A DNA stretch of 64,000 bases from Octopus sinensis (lineage: Eukaryota). A program made the position numbers and the translations under genes. The notes under the pieces were generated by a model. It saw nothing but the letters and a program-made list of their open reading frames with translations. It was not told the DNA's origin and did not search any database. This document shows, piece after piece, positions 11,763 through 25,530 of this stretch (the first letter of the stretch is position 1; every line of letters starts with the position of its first letter). Location of the stretch: NCBI RefSeq assembly GCF_006345805.1, contig NC_043005.1:35154001-35218000 (forward strand), given 5' to 3'.

Positions 11763-12015
11763 TAGATAAAAACTTAGATAAACTTAGATATGTTTCGACC
11801 AAAGATTGGTCCAGGCCATGTCTAACTTAATAGCACCACCTGATAGGATTATTTGAATCCTGTTTAAGTCAAGTTTTGTTTATAGTCCATTCAAGTAGAT
11901 AGTTCTTGTTGGGTGAGTTGTATCCAATTATGGGTGGCTTATCTGGTATTCTTTGAAGGAATCTATCCAGACTCCGTTTAAAGTTGATGGGATCCTTTTC
12001 CTCTTTGATCTCCCT
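11755..12015 (-). mobile_element. CR1-group LINE 3' end with (ATCTAAGTTT)n tail
   Basis: Encodes FKRSLDRFLQRIPDKP. The 3' UTR CAGGTGGTGCTATTAAGTTAGACATGGCCTGG is shared with 45592 and 63574. Confidence 0.8.
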
Positions 12016-12618
12016 CGGAGAGAGAGAGAGACAGAGAGAGAGGAAGGAGAGAGAAGAGAGAGATAATGTGATAACTGATATATAAATATCAAAGAATGAA
12101 TACACAGTAATGAAGAGCTTAATTAATAACAGGTCATTTAACTCTAACTCCTTATTACATTGCAAAAATCTCTGGTTGGAACAAAAATACAGAATCAGCT
12201 AAAATGATCTTGAAGAGCAACATATTTAGAATCAGAGCAGAAAAGCATGAATTTTGCACAGACATACCACACATACACACATGTATAGTGTATGCACTTA
12301 AATACACACACACACAATGAGAGAGAAAGAAAGAGAGAGAAAGAACGAGAGAGAGAGAGAGAGAGAGAGAAGGGGGATGGCAGAGAGTTTGTTTAGGGAC
12401 CACTTATCTAATAGAAGACTGAATAAAATTAAACTAGACATGATGGAGAAAAGATTTGAAAAACAATCTAACAAAACAGAAAACAAAAATAAATATATAA
12501 CTAAAAGTCCACTGCAAATTGATCCAATGACTGACAACAAAAATGCTATTGTTATCTGGTAATGGTGGTAATGGTGGCTGCCATAATGATGGTAAGGATG
12601 ATGGTGACAACAACAATA

Positions 12619-12651
<33 letters not shown>

Positions 12652-13029
12652 GCAGCAGCAGCAGCAGCAACAGTGCCGATGACAATGATTATAATGACAA
12701 TGGAAATGATGAAATGATGTTGATGACAATAATGATTATATATATGACTAACAGGAACAAAGTGTTAGTGTCATATATTAACACTGTGTGACATAATCTG
12801 CTGTAATCTGATATTGTCACCTTTCCTTGAATAAGTTCAAGTTTAGGAAATACTATCACTGCTTAGCCCCATGTTACTTTTCAGCAAAAATATCTATAAT
12901 TAAAAACCACTCCAGATCTAACCATCCAGTAAGATTACTTTTCTTGTTTTGTTTTTCAGGCACAAGTGTATCTAGGACTACATTATTGAGTGTTTCCTTG
13001 TGGATTTTTCTAATTATCATTTTTTGTTT

Positions 13030-13450
13030 TTATAGTCGTTGGGTGTGAAAGAAGGAGCAGAACTCATGGCTTTTATAGGTCCTCCAAGATTGGTGAGATT
13101 GATGCCATTATTAACCTTCATCAACACCAACAGGGAATGACATGAGCAGGAAGGAGATTCCAGAGGGATGATGGTCTGGGAAAGAAGGATTGGGTGTAGT
13201 GGTTAGTGAGGAGCATGATAGGACTGGATACAACAATGAGAAGATAAAAGAGGGAATCAGGAATGTCTGGGTGGATGTGACATGCATCCAACCAATTCAG
13301 AGGAGCATAGGCCATTATAGTAGTGGTAGAAAAGGTAAAGAGAAGGAGACAATGCAGTTGTGGGCCAGAGGCTGGCTGGAACATGTTGGTGACTGATTTA
13401 GGCCAGTCAGTTTCTGGATTTAGTAGAATGGTTCCTGATGTAAGAGCAAT
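13030..13450 (-). pseudogene. CR1-group LINE ORF2 C-terminal remnant (second family)
   Basis: Frameshifted YHYYNGLCSSELVG and TNHYTQSFFPRPSSLWNLLPAHV motifs; related to 46880-47240. Confidence 0.7.
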
Positions 13451-13574
13451 TACTCTATTGTGGTCCTCACCTAAACTTTATACAGTCGTACAGTGTCAAT
13501 TGGTTGCTATATATATATATATATATATATATGCATACATACACATATATATATACATATATATACATTTTCAA

Positions 13575-13775
13575 AGAATAACCACATGTGAATCGTTGGC
13601 AATTTTCTTCCTCCGACTTCCTTTCTATTGGACTTTGCTCTGTTTCTGAAGAAGAGCTTTGCTCAAAATGTTAAACCATCTTTCTTTCCTTCCCTGAGCG
13701 TCTGCTAATACTTTATATGTACCATGTGCTCGCTTTGTTGTTTTTTTGTACTTTTTCATCTTCTGTTTATGGATT
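13575..13775 (+). mobile_element. Penelope-like remnant with decayed minimal hammerhead
   Basis: CTGAAGA-A-GAGC-TTT-GCTC-AAAATG at 13646-13670 is consistent with CGAAACG after CpG decay. Ends in (TA)n. Confidence 0.5.
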
Positions 13776-13809
<34 letters not shown>

Positions 13810-13822
<13 letters not shown>

Positions 13823-13990
13823 GGGTGGAATATAATTAATTTAATAAAATTAATAAATTTCACCTAGTAGTTTTTTCGGTATGGAAATGACCATATTCGG
13901 TAAAGATTATATATAATTATAATAAAGGGTTATTTGCAACAAGTTGCTTAAACCACATACCGAAAATATTAGATTTCTAATATTTCGGTA
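13810..13990. mobile_element. Repeat fragment (PLE-like), shared with 39295-39355, ending in a small fold-back
   Basis: About 13915-13975 is the reverse complement of 39295-39355. It is followed by the hairpin CCGAAAATATTAGA-TT-TCTAATATTTCGG. Confidence 0.5.
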
Positions 13991-13994
13991 TATA

Positions 13995-14044
<50 letters not shown>

Positions 14045-14067
14045 TATATATATATACACACACACAC

Positions 14068-14114
<47 letters not shown>

Positions 14115-14814
14115 CATGTATGTGTGTGTTTTTGTGTCTGTTCCCCACTACTGCTTGACAACTTAGTGGTTAGGCAAAAGAAATGGATAGCATAAAGTAC
14201 CAGGCTTTAAAAAATACTTGAGGGGAGGGGGGGCAATTCATTCAACCAAATTCTTCAAGGTAGTGCTCCAGCATGGCCACATTCTAATGACTAAAGCAAG
14301 TAAAAGCTAAAAGATACCCAGTTTTATCCATAGGACTTGGGCTACCCAGATGCAATAGACGAAAATACTAGTTCATTGAAATTGAAACCAGAACCTCCTG
14401 AGTGCAAAGCAAACCTCCTAAACCCTCTGGGCATGCCTTCACCTCACCCCTACATGACACACAAAAGAATGGCAGAAATGGATGGTGTGTGACATTATAT
14501 AAAAAGAAATAAAGTTTAATTTAATATAAATATTTTGACAGGAATTTTTAACATTGAAAATATATTCTGTCTTTCTGTTTTATGTTTTTGCTTAAAATTC
14601 TTGCCTACTGTCTCTATTTTCAACCTCAGAACCCATCTTCCTTCTCAATTTGGCATGATAGAAAATATTTTCATTAATTCCAAAAGAGTAATGTGTCTCT
14701 TTTACACATTGTTAAGTTACTCCCAAATTCCAGCAGCAATAAAAATGATTCTTAAGATTAAGCTGCCTTATCTCAAGGGTGTACCAAAAACTAAATGGAG
14801 TTGGATATTTTCAC

Positions 14815-15041
14815 ACACACACAAAATGTGTGTTCATACATATATACATACATACATATATATATACATACATACATATATATATACATACATACATACA
14901 TACATATATATATACATACATACATACATACATATATATATACATACATACATACATATATATATACATACATACATACATACATATATACATACATACA
15001 TACATACATATATATATACATACATACATACATACATATAT

Positions 15042-15074
<33 letters not shown>

Positions 15075-15081
15075 TACATAC

Positions 15082-15137
<56 letters not shown>

Positions 15138-15150
15138 ATATGTATGTATT
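14815..15150. repeat. Compound (TACA)n/(TA)n microsatellite
   Basis: Directly visible. Confidence 0.95.
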
Positions 15151-17073
15151 AAAAGATTGGGTAAAAATGGTAAAGAAAAGGTAAAGGAAAATGAGGCATA
15201 TTATCAGAAACATCTTTTAATTAATTCTGGCAATAAATTAAAGTAAGAATTTTAACAAATTATATTAAGACAGCAAATGATAAAATCCGTTTTTAGATAA
15301 TAGAAGAATCTGATAAGGAAAAGCAAGGCACTCTCTCTTCCCCTTCCCCTTCTCTCTTCCTAATTGTAAAATAGATACACCTAGTTAATGTTGAAGTTGT
15401 GTATTAGCTGTGTATTGCTGAGGAGATCTAATAAGACGAATATGTACAAAGGCATCACATAACTACTGCTGGTAACCCCCACCACTACCTTACCAACAAC
15501 TACATTGTTAAGATAGTAGGACATGATTTGACTATCAATGTTTTTTTGTATTTACTTATTATTTGCTTTTCATTCCCTTCTCGTTTACCTTTTACCTTTC
15601 TGATGAGCTGTAGTGTCCCTAAGTGCTATATATAATAAGATTATTATTATTATTATAATTATATTAAGGTGGCTGGTCAACAATGTGTCAGACAAAATGC
15701 TTAGCAACATTTTTCTTCCAGCTCTTTATATTCTGAGCTCAAATCCTGCCGGGGTCAACTTTGCATTTTATCCTTTCAGGGTTAGCATGGGGTTGATGTA
15801 ATCAAAGAGACCTCTCCAGCTAAGATTGCAAGCCTTGTTCTAAAATTAGAAAGAATTATTTTTAATATTGTTATAAGATTATATAAAAAAATTAAAAACC
15901 TATGTAAGGTAATGCAATATTTTTATCACTGTTGTTCATTCAATAACATCATTTGTATATTTTGATTAACTCCTCACCTGCATGGCTCAAAGGTTTTTAC
16001 AAATGTTTATCACATCAAATAGTATTTCATGGCATGAAAGACACACAGGTACATTAGACGCATTCCAACTTCAGTGGCGCATATTCAGGAAAAAAAGATT
16101 TCAGTGCATTAAAGCATGTAATACGAGTCCAACTTGGCATACAAGACTTGGGGTAATTTTGAGACATTTTCTGAATATAAAAAAAAACACCCCAAAAACC
16201 AATAAAAAACTGCACCTTATATGCCATCAAATATAGTTAAATACTTAGAATGATTTGCTGCAACCTTTTTATGCCCAAGATTTAGTAGGCAAGGGAGAGG
16301 TTTATCCAGTTTATTGTGTCTAATTTTACAAATATAATAAAAGATATAGATAAATCAGTGCTAGAAACATTTGGAAATGAAAGGAAGATATCTCGTAATT
16401 GTTAATGGTTTCTTGTGGAACCACCGAATATTTTTTTGTCTACAGAGTACATATTAAAAACTAAGTCAACATAGTAGACATTTCTCTTCCTGTTATTTAG
16501 TTACCAGCACGTAGATTAAATAACTACAAAGTATATATCTGAGTCATAGAGTTTTGACTCACTGAAATAGTTTGACTTATTTATTAACTAAACTAAATGA
16601 ACTTATCCATTTCCTGGAGATTGTCATTAGTGGGATAGGTAATTCTAAAGAAAAAGCAAAATGAAAAATGCTCACGACACTCAACAGGATAGGTAATTGT
16701 AAAGAAGTGTTTATAACATATGATGTAAAGTTAAACCAGAGTGGTGTCATATACCCACACAAAATAGCAAGCCCAGCTAAAAATATCGTGGGATATTGTA
16801 GTAAAAATAATACCTTTGAATACTATTAGTATGGTTTGGACATTCCCATAACTTTCAAATTAGAACTTGAAAGCCAATACACAATAAGAAATTGTACCAG
16901 TTTTCTATTATGTTTAAATATTCACACACTCACACACAAACAATTTACATAATGTATTTTCGCTAATCCACTCAATGTTTCAAGAATATCTAGGTACACG
17001 GGAATAAGATAACCGCAGTGTAATGACAAAAATCATAGAGGATCTTCACCCACACAGTTTGTAAAGGAATGGT

Positions 17074-17288
17074 TTAATCCTTTTGATACAGATCCACCTG
17101 AGACAGACATTGGTTCTGTGGTACAAACTTCCTGTTTTATAGTGGTCTAAATTAAAACTTTCCATTAAAATTTCATTTTAATTCATGTTTCAAACATTAT
17201 CTTAATAATAACAAAGTTAATTTATTAGATACTTTAATAATTTTCAAAATTAATTTAAACAAATGCAGTATAATTAACAAAGGCTTAA
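17074..17288. mobile_element. piggyBac-like MITE (diverged)
   Basis: TTAA at both ends (17074-17077, 17285-17288) with degenerate terminal inverted repeats TCCTTTTGATAC / GTATAATTAACAAAGGC. Confidence 0.45.
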
Positions 17289-17337
17289 TACATATATTTA
17301 ATGAATGTAAATTGTATTCTGAAATTTGTTATATGTA

Positions 17338-19080
17338 CTAGCTGTTCTATTGAAACACCTTATTACTCTGATATAAGAAAGCAATTTCATTATAACTGCC
17401 ACAAAGGGTGTATTTTCCATCGTGAAAAAGTACAAAAAACTGTCAGCTAGAGAAGGGAGAGATTGTTGGAGGTTGGCGAGAGAGTACTCTGACTTGCCGT
17501 GACATTTTAAAGGTGAACTTTATGAAGGCTAATTTATTAAAGGTAATATATAAATGTAGTATGTATGTATATGAATGAAGTGTTTAATGTTTAAGAATGA
17601 AATGAAGAAAGTGCAATAATAACGTTCACAATTAATGATGGTCGCTCTCAGTAACTGCTTTTAGCTCACGGAGTTCTTGTTTTTATAACTATCAAAAAGC
17701 AGCCAGAAGGATAGACATATTGTTGAGAACAAATGATTTTGTTGGAGGTCTGTTATCTCCATTCTGGCCACTGGTGGCCTAAAAGAGGTTAAAAGGGTCA
17801 AGTGGCAAAGACATTATTCTGCTTAGCGAAGGCATCTGGGAAATGTATAACTGCTGTCATTCACAGAAAAACTATTGTTTTACCCTGAGAAAAACGCTGT
17901 TGAAGTGACAAGTGAAATTTGGCAATTGAGGATCAAATCCACGCTATACCTGCATGGAGTCACTACAAATACATTGTGGGATAAAAAATTTATCTATTGT
18001 CATGGAAAAAGTGTAACTTTAAAAATGCAGAATTATTGGAGTAAAGGGCATTCAAAAAAGTATGTATGTATAGAAATGTATGAATGAAGTTTTTAAAGTT
18101 TAAGATTCAAATTAAGGAAGTGCAATAATAATGTTTAGCAGTTCAAAACTGAGTAGTGAAATGCAGAATTAAGTTGGCTGATCATGAGAATCAAATATTG
18201 ATCACTTCGCTAAAAACTGCAGGTGGTATGGGTTATTTCTCTTGGGTTGTTTAACTAAAATAGTAATATGAAGTAGATAGAAAGATCGATTTAATTGATT
18301 TTTTTCAACAATCTAAGTATGTCATGAGGTTTCCGGACATGAGTTCTACTCACATGTCAAATAAAGTATAAAAGTGATATTGTCTGCAAAAATTAGAAAT
18401 TGGACACAAAAATCAATATTCAAAATAATCAAACATAAACAATGAAACCTGTAAAATATTTCTAAATTCGATGGTTCAATTAGTTTCATGAAAATGTTGT
18501 ATGAACTGTAAATAAGCAATAAATATTATGATTTGTAAAATAAGTATAAGTGATACAGGGTGTCCCAACTGAATGTGGTGTGGAAGTTTGGTTTCATTTT
18601 TTAAGAATTTTAAACATTCAAAGTATGAGTTAATTGTATTGGTTCACACATATTAAATATGTTCTGGAATCAAAAATTTATGCACTGTCATCAAAAAATT
18701 TTAACTGGAAAAATGCAGAATTATCAGAGTTATGAGCATTGAAAGTGTACATGCATCAAGAAAGTGCAATAATAAGGATTAGCAGTTGAAAACTGTGAGT
18801 AGTGAAATGCAAAATTAGGTCCGCTGATCATGCAAATCAAATATTGATCGCTTTGTTAAAAATTAACAACTGTAAGTGGAAGTGCTGTGGGTTATTTCTC
18901 TTGAGTGTTTTAAAAAAAATATTGTTCAGGGGCTATGGATTATTTCCCATGAGTGTTTAAAAAAAATTAGTTGAATGAAGTAGATATAAAGATCCCTTCC
19001 AGAGGCTGTATTATCGCTTTTTCAACAATGCAAGTATGTCACGAGGTTTCCAGACATGAGTTCTACTCACATGTCAAGTT
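17338..19080 (-). mobile_element. Helitron-like element (family H2) with internal duplications
   Basis: Begins ACTAGCTG on the plus strand (CTAG|T on minus) and is homologous to 51000-51310. A ~350-bp module is duplicated at ~18010-18360 and ~18700-19078. The 5' limit is uncertain. Confidence 0.55.
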
Positions 19081-19499
19081 TCTTCAAAATCAATAAAAGG
19101 ATGTAGGAGGAGTTAGCCAACAATGCCACAAACAAGCACACACCGATTTTCCATACACACACACACATATATATATATGCCGGTGGCATGTAAAAAGCAC
19201 CCAGCATACTCTGTTAAGCATCCAGCCATAGAAACCATATCACAACAGACAGTTGGAGTCTGGGACAGATTCCAGCTAGCAAGCTCCACCAATCAACTCA
19301 TGCCAGCATGCAGAACACACTACCAAACATGGAACTGACCAGTGTATTTACTCAGAAAGAGACAGCTGTGTCGGTTTGAACATAAAGATGACACTAGACA
19401 AATAGTGCAAATTATTCATAATCCCCTGGGAACTCGCCTCTTTTTATATGTCTTACCTATAGGACACATAATATTTGTTATGAATATCTTACAAGGTTT

Positions 19500-19820
19500 A
19501 TCAGGTGAATGAGTGTTACGAGCAGGTGAAAGACAACAACTCCTGAACGTTGTGAAAAAACAAAAAGCTCATCTATTATGGCCAAATTCAAAGAAACAGA
19601 GGTTTGAAAAAACATTGTCATGGAAGGAAGAGCAGATGGTAGAAGATCAAGAAGCAAGTAAAAAATGCAATGGATGGACAATATTAAGAGCTGGTTGAAC
19701 AAGAGTAGCAAGGGAGCTGGAGAACTTGCACTTAAGCAGGAAAACTTTTATTGTGTGGTCATTAATGTACTGCAAGCATATGATACATTGGTGATCACAG
19801 ACTTCAATGCTAAACTCTGA
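19500..19820 (+). pseudogene. RTE LINE fragments (ORF2 C-terminus, then an endonuclease-like motif)
   Basis: Frameshifted LLNVVKKQKLIYYGQI...MEGRADGRRSRS...WMDNIKSW, then DTLVITDFNAK (GDFNA-like) at ~19783. Confidence 0.55.
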
Positions 19821-20374
19821 AGAATCATGATTTTTCTTGGGAAAGATATAGCAATATTTCCCATTGTCTTTTGTTAGTTTATTTGCAATTTACTCTGTGA
19901 GTCTCCTGCTTAACTTGCATTTATCCTTCTTCGAAGCACAGGGTCATTTAACTTCTTGTAGGAGGATGGTTTCTTGTGACATCAGGGCATGTCCATACAC
20001 CAGTGTATCTCTGCAATATATTTTTAAGAGTCAGCCTCTCTCCTAATCCTATATTCCTTATGTGCTGGTCCATCTCTGCTATTTGATCTATAACTGGGGC
20101 CCTTTGCAGGTACTACTGTCTCAAACCAGAGTGGACCTTGTAGCAGCGGTGCCTAAAGAGTAGCACCATACTCCCTAAAACTCTTGAGATGGACCCTCTC
20201 AACCTACCCTGTTGGATGCAGTCTTACCCAGGACATTTGAGACCCTCCAGTCTTAAAGATGAGATGATGCAGGAACTATAACCCAGCATATTCCGCATCC
20301 CATATGGTTAAAATTGTTAAAAAGGGAATGGATGAGTGGTAGGCTGGGTTATAGATCCATTCAAAACAATAGGT

Positions 20375-20790
20375 GCAAGAATGGTTGTATGGTAAGAAGC
20401 TTGCTTCCCAACTATGCAGTTCTGGGTTCAGTCCCACTATGTGGCATGCTGGGCAAGTGTTTTCTATTATAGCCTTGGGCCAGCCAAAACCTTGTGAGTG
20501 AATTTGGTTGATGGAAACTGAAAGAAGTCTGTTGTGTGTGTGTATGTGTATGTGTGTGTGTGCATGCATGCACATGAATGTGTCTTTGTGTCTGTATTTG
20601 TCCTCCACCATGCTTGACAACTGGCATTGGTGTGTTTATGTCCCCATAACTTAACGGTTCAGCAAAAGCGATTGACAGAATAAGTAATAGGCTTTAAAAA
20701 AAAGCACTGGGGTCAATTCATTCAACTAAAATTCTTCAAAGCGGTGCCCCAGCATGGCCACAATCTAATGACTATAGCAGGTAAAAAATA
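20375..20790 (+). mobile_element. SINE family A, full length, diverged
   Basis: Colinear with 40963-41372. Confidence 0.75.
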
Positions 20791-21906
20791 AAAAATAAAC
20801 CAGTATTGTAAAAAAATGTACACTAAACTGATGACTATGTTCATCAATGATGATTTCTACTTTAGCCTAATTCCTGGAAAACTTAGTCAGCAACTCTCAG
20901 GAATTTCTTTGCTGCCTTCGTTTATCCTGGAAGCATTTCCATGTTCAAACTGCCCATTTAAAATCACCTGTCTGGACAAGTCTGTCATAGGTACTGCTTC
21001 TATGCCTCTGATTTAGGATTAAAAACCTTTCATATGTTCAGTGATATCCACCCCTCAATAAATAAGCCAACCAGAATGTCAACTAAAGATAGTGTATTTT
21101 ATTTTTTTTTCTAATATATTACACTTCCTTGGAAGATAAAGACTTTTGTTTCAGTCTCTTTATAGAGTAGAGAAATTTTCCTCATACATTAACATGTTAT
21201 ACACACACACACATGTGTACACACAAGCACACACACACACACTGATGTAATGTCCTCCAGATACACTGGGAATAAATTAAATCATAGAGAACAAAAGAAG
21301 ACCACAACAGCAAGCCACAATCAGCTACTGTTTACAAGGCAAGCCAATTTACATATCGTATCCTCTTCATACATGATGAGGAATAAAGTAATGCATACAT
21401 GAGTAAAATATTTAAAACGACCAACAGCATTTGAAGCAACCCGCATAAAATAGAAGCTAAAAATAGCCCCTAACCTCTTGCAAACTCTCAACAAATAATA
21501 ACGAAACTAAAATATTCTTGTTTCTAGAAAGTTCTTAGCATTTTGCCACAATAGGAAAAGATAGGAAAGGATTCTTGTAGAACAGTTTCTGGTGTCTTTA
21601 ACAAAGTAAGCTTTCCTATTATTTTGTGTTTTTGTTGTTGTTCTGTTTTATCTTGTAGCTTTTATCACTACTTCCTGTAAAGGGAGTAGGATGTCCCTGG
21701 CTCCCTAGGGTTCCCCTCATTGTCTAGAGGTTATATCATGCACACACTGACTTAGAGTTGACAATTATGTCAGAGCAAAAACACACAACTCTAGTGTTTT
21801 TCCAAAAGACAGGTGTTGTTATTGTATTGATAAAAGGTCAAAGGTTTAGAGTTTACAAATAAATGAGATAAAGTCAACAAAAGTCAATATGTAAAAATAA
21901 TGAGGA

Positions 21907-21995
21907 AGTCATGGTAGCAGTGAGAGGTATAAATGATCAAGTTATGGTAGCAGTGAGGGACAGTAAATGATAAGGTTATGGTAGCAGTGAGAGAG
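21907..21995. repeat. 33-34 bp tandem repeat, about 3 copies
   Basis: ATGGTAGCAGTGAG at 21911, 21944 and 21978. Confidence 0.85.
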
Positions 21996-22314
21996 AGAGT
22001 AAATTTATACATATATGAAAATGATAAAATGAAACAATAGAATGAGTTTTAGATGAAACTGAGTAGAAACAAGAATCATTATAGCCGGCAAAATACAAAT
22101 TCATTGTTTTTGTTTTAGCAGCAGTTTGGGCTAAAAATAATTCTTTTCAGCTTGCTTCAGCCATTATGGACAAGGCTATGATGGGGCACCAAACTAGCAA
22201 CAATTAAACATGTGACAGTATGTATTTGTGATAGCTTGTGTGTGTGTATGTGACAGTGTGCATATTTTTGACAGCATGTGCATGCATGTGAGAGACAGTG
22301 TGTGCATGTATGTG

Positions 22315-22537
22315 ATGGCAGAAATGTTAGCACGCCGGGCGAAATGCCTAGCGGTATTTCATCTGCATTACGTTGTGAGTTCAAATTCCGCCGAGGTCGA
22401 CTTTGCCTTTCATCCTTTCGGGGTCGATAAATTAAGTACCAGTTATGCACTGGGGTCGATGTAATCGCCTTAATACCTATGTCTGTCCTTGTTTGTCCCC
22501 TCTGTGTTTAGCCCCTTGTGGGTAATAAAGAAATAAG
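22315..22537 (+). mobile_element. tRNA-derived SINE, family D
   Basis: TGGCAGAAATGTTAG head and GAGTTCAAATTCC B box. Related copies near 15665, 34100 (-), 35160 (-), 52820 and 57465. Confidence 0.8.
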
Positions 22538-23099
22538 TATATGCAAGTGTGTGACTGCATGTGCAAGTGTGAATTTGAAAATACAAAGTACTGGTGACCA
22601 TGGAAGTAAAGTCTTCGAGCATAATGCTATTTGATCAGGATTGATCTAGCGGTGTAAGAGGGTGGGAGAAGAAATAGAAAGTAAACAACAACAACAACTG
22701 TTATTTATAGACCTGAGGCTGTAAGGAAATTTCCAAGTGACAATGCTAGCCCATTAACAATGAAACCTTAATTAAACCTCAATCATAACGAATTTAATGC
22801 GGAGAACACTAAATAGCAAAATTAGGTTGCATAATTGTTACTGACCAGGTTACCATCTTCAGTAGGAAGAGTATCTGAGAGTATTTCATTGATGGCAATT
22901 AAATATAAATGAATATAAATGAGGAGTGTCAGAGTTAATAGTTTGATAAAAGTGCATTGGTGGTAGTGGTGTTGGTGGTAGTAGTATTTATAGACTTATA
23001 GTAATAGGGATAGTGGTTGTGGTGATTGTTGATGGTAGTAGTATTAGTAGTTGCAATAATATGATGGTAGACAGTTGTACCAGTATTAGTAGTGGTGGT

Positions 23100-23420
23100 A
23101 TCAGTATAACAGTGGTAGTAGTAGCTTTAGTAATGTGGCTGGCAGTGTTATCGTGGTAGCTGCAGCAATAGGACTAGTAGCAGCAGTAGAAGTAGTAGTA
23201 ACAGCAGCAGCTGTAGTAGTAGTAGTAGTAGTAGCAGCAGCAGTAGTAGTAGTAGTAGTAGTAGCAGCAGCAATAGTGGTGATGGTAGAAAATAGTAGTA
23301 TATTAATAGTGGTGTAAAGACTAGTCAAGTGAGTTATTAGTAATGTGAAGACTATAGTAGTGCTAGAAGTAGTGGTGGCGGTGGTGGTGATGTTGGTTGT
23401 GGTGGTGGCAGTAGTAGCGG
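23100..23420. repeat. (GTA)n/(GCA)n/(GTG)n trinucleotide low-complexity tract
   Basis: Directly visible. Confidence 0.9.
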
Positions 23421-23759
23421 TGACTAAAACTGGTGTGGTGTTCTAATTTGATGTTACTGTTGTTTAGGCCAAAATAAACAGATCTACGATTCAAAGTGTT
23501 CCACTCATGCCCATCCCTTATTATTATTATTTGTGTTTCTTAAGACTGAAAATAAGATTTGAAGGACTGATATTTCTAGCAGATCACCTCCCTCTATAAG
23601 TGATGTCTGAGACATATTAAGTTAGTGGGTGTTTGTTATTATTATTATTATTATTTAGTCCTTGCTGCATCCTGATATGGGTAGACATGTGTCAAAAAGA
23701 TTTCCACTTGTAACTCCTGTATCCAAGACAACACAAGAATGTGATACACAAGGAAAAAA

Positions 23760-24013
23760 AGTTTCCTCTTCAAGTCATACTGACTCATCAGAACCAGTCT
23801 CCTGGTTTCTATGGCATATAAATATATAAATTCACCACCTGGATGGGATGCCAGTCTATCATAGGATTACTCATTTTTGCCAGCTGAGTGGACTGGAGCA
23901 ATGTGAAATGAAATGTTTTTCTCAAGAACACAATGCTTCACCCAGTCCAGGAATTGAAACCACAATCTTACGATTATGAGTCCAGCATCTTAACCATGAA
24001 GCCACATGCCTCC
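23760..24013 (-). mobile_element. tRNA-derived SINE with a family C-type central domain and a different tail
   Basis: Head GGAGGCATGTGGCTTCATGG...GGTTTCAATTCC and the domain TTGCTCCAGTCCACTCAGCTG shared with family C. The tail is unlike that of 7828. Confidence 0.65.
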
Positions 24014-24409
24014 ACAATGTGATATGTGGATATCCATATATCATGTCCTTGTTTAAGAAGTCAAGATGAAATTTGAGGGAGGTTTAACTGCCATTTCTAC
24101 CAGGTCAAGTAACTGTGCAGAGACCACCTCATTATCTCTCTCTCTCTCTCTCTTTATACATATACTTTGTGAAGTGTTCTGCATTAGAAAGGGCATCAAG
24201 CTATAGAAACTATGCCAAAGTAGGAATTAGAGTTTGGCACGTCCTTATGGCTTATCAGTTAGTTTACAACCGTCTAACCCATACCAGCATTAAAGAAAGA
24301 CGTTAATGATCATGATATATTGAATACAATGAACAATAAAAAAAATGACATAGGGAAAAAGATTTAACAAATAAAGTATTAGGTTATGGCTTAAATTGGA
24401 AGAGAAGGC

Positions 24410-24560
24410 ATCTTAACTTTTTGGACATTAGTCCTTCATCAGAATCAAGAGAAAAACATAGAGGGAGTGAGAAAGAGGAATAGTCAATGAGAGAGAGAGA
24501 GAGGGGGAAGGGAGGGAATGAGAGAGAGAGAGAGGGAGAGAGAGAGAGAAACAGACTTTT
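24410..24560 (-). mobile_element. Penelope-like remnant with decayed minimal hammerhead
   Basis: Minus-strand CTGATGA-A-GGAC-TAAT-GTCC-AAAAAGTT (24442-24415); the GAAA is lost. Confidence 0.5.
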
Positions 24561-24882
24561 GTCTTAAGAGTTAGCTCTTAGACTATCATTTTGGTACCAG
24601 TGATGGTTGGGACCTTGTATTTATGCTGGCTATGGATGTGGTCACCATGACTGTTCTATAGAAGATTTAAATTTGGAAAGTAGGTTGAATACAGATATGA
24701 ATATCATCTGAAACAGAATCATTATTGAAAAGTAACTTCTTGGAATTTAATGCAAGCCATTAACAATGGAGTCCACTAGAAATCCAAAACTGCCCTTCCT
24801 TGACACCAGTGTCATCATAGATCGCATGAGATGAACGAAACACAGTTCTGTTAAGCCAAAGTTCTATATGGTTTTGACCTCA

Positions 24883-24924
<42 letters not shown>

Positions 24925-25530
24925 TCAACCCTTTTGCCTTTAAACCGGCCATATGTAGCCAAAATAGATAGAAAGGGATGGATAGCTATAAAGCCAGATG
25001 GATATGTGTGTGTGTGTGTGCACACACACACATTTGAAAAGAGAGAAAGGGAAGGAATGATCAGGGTGGGTGGATGAGTGGAGTAAGTTCTCTAAGTAAA
25101 AATGGGTAGAATGGTGTGGTAGGTTTGATGTGAGGGTGAACAAGTAGAACAGTTGATAAGACAGATAAACATGAGATAATGGACAAACCTGTATTTCAGC
25201 TTAGTTCAGTAGTGTGTCTAGAACTTGGGTTTTACTTCTATCTCTGCTGTTTGTTGGAGATGCATGCATGCTTATGTGCATGTATATATAAACCCCAGAT
25301 GAGGTAGTCTGCTAGAGGGTGTCATAAAATTAGTCTTTCTGTTCTATACATATATATATATATATAGAATATGTGGGGTTTAGATTATATATCCCAGAAA
25401 CAGCTGTAAGACATCCAATAATTAATTAATTACTTCAAATTCACCTTACTCTAATTAAATATTCTAAATGACTTGAGATACTTGTCCTGCCTTGGTCCTT
25501 TTTCCTCTAATATTTATATATATATATATA

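Noticed and set aside
15978-16170. Minus-strand exon with a strong acceptor (T-tract-CAG) and donor (CAG|GTGAGG)
   Set aside because: All three frames contain stops. It could be a non-coding or UTR exon, but only RNA-seq could show that.
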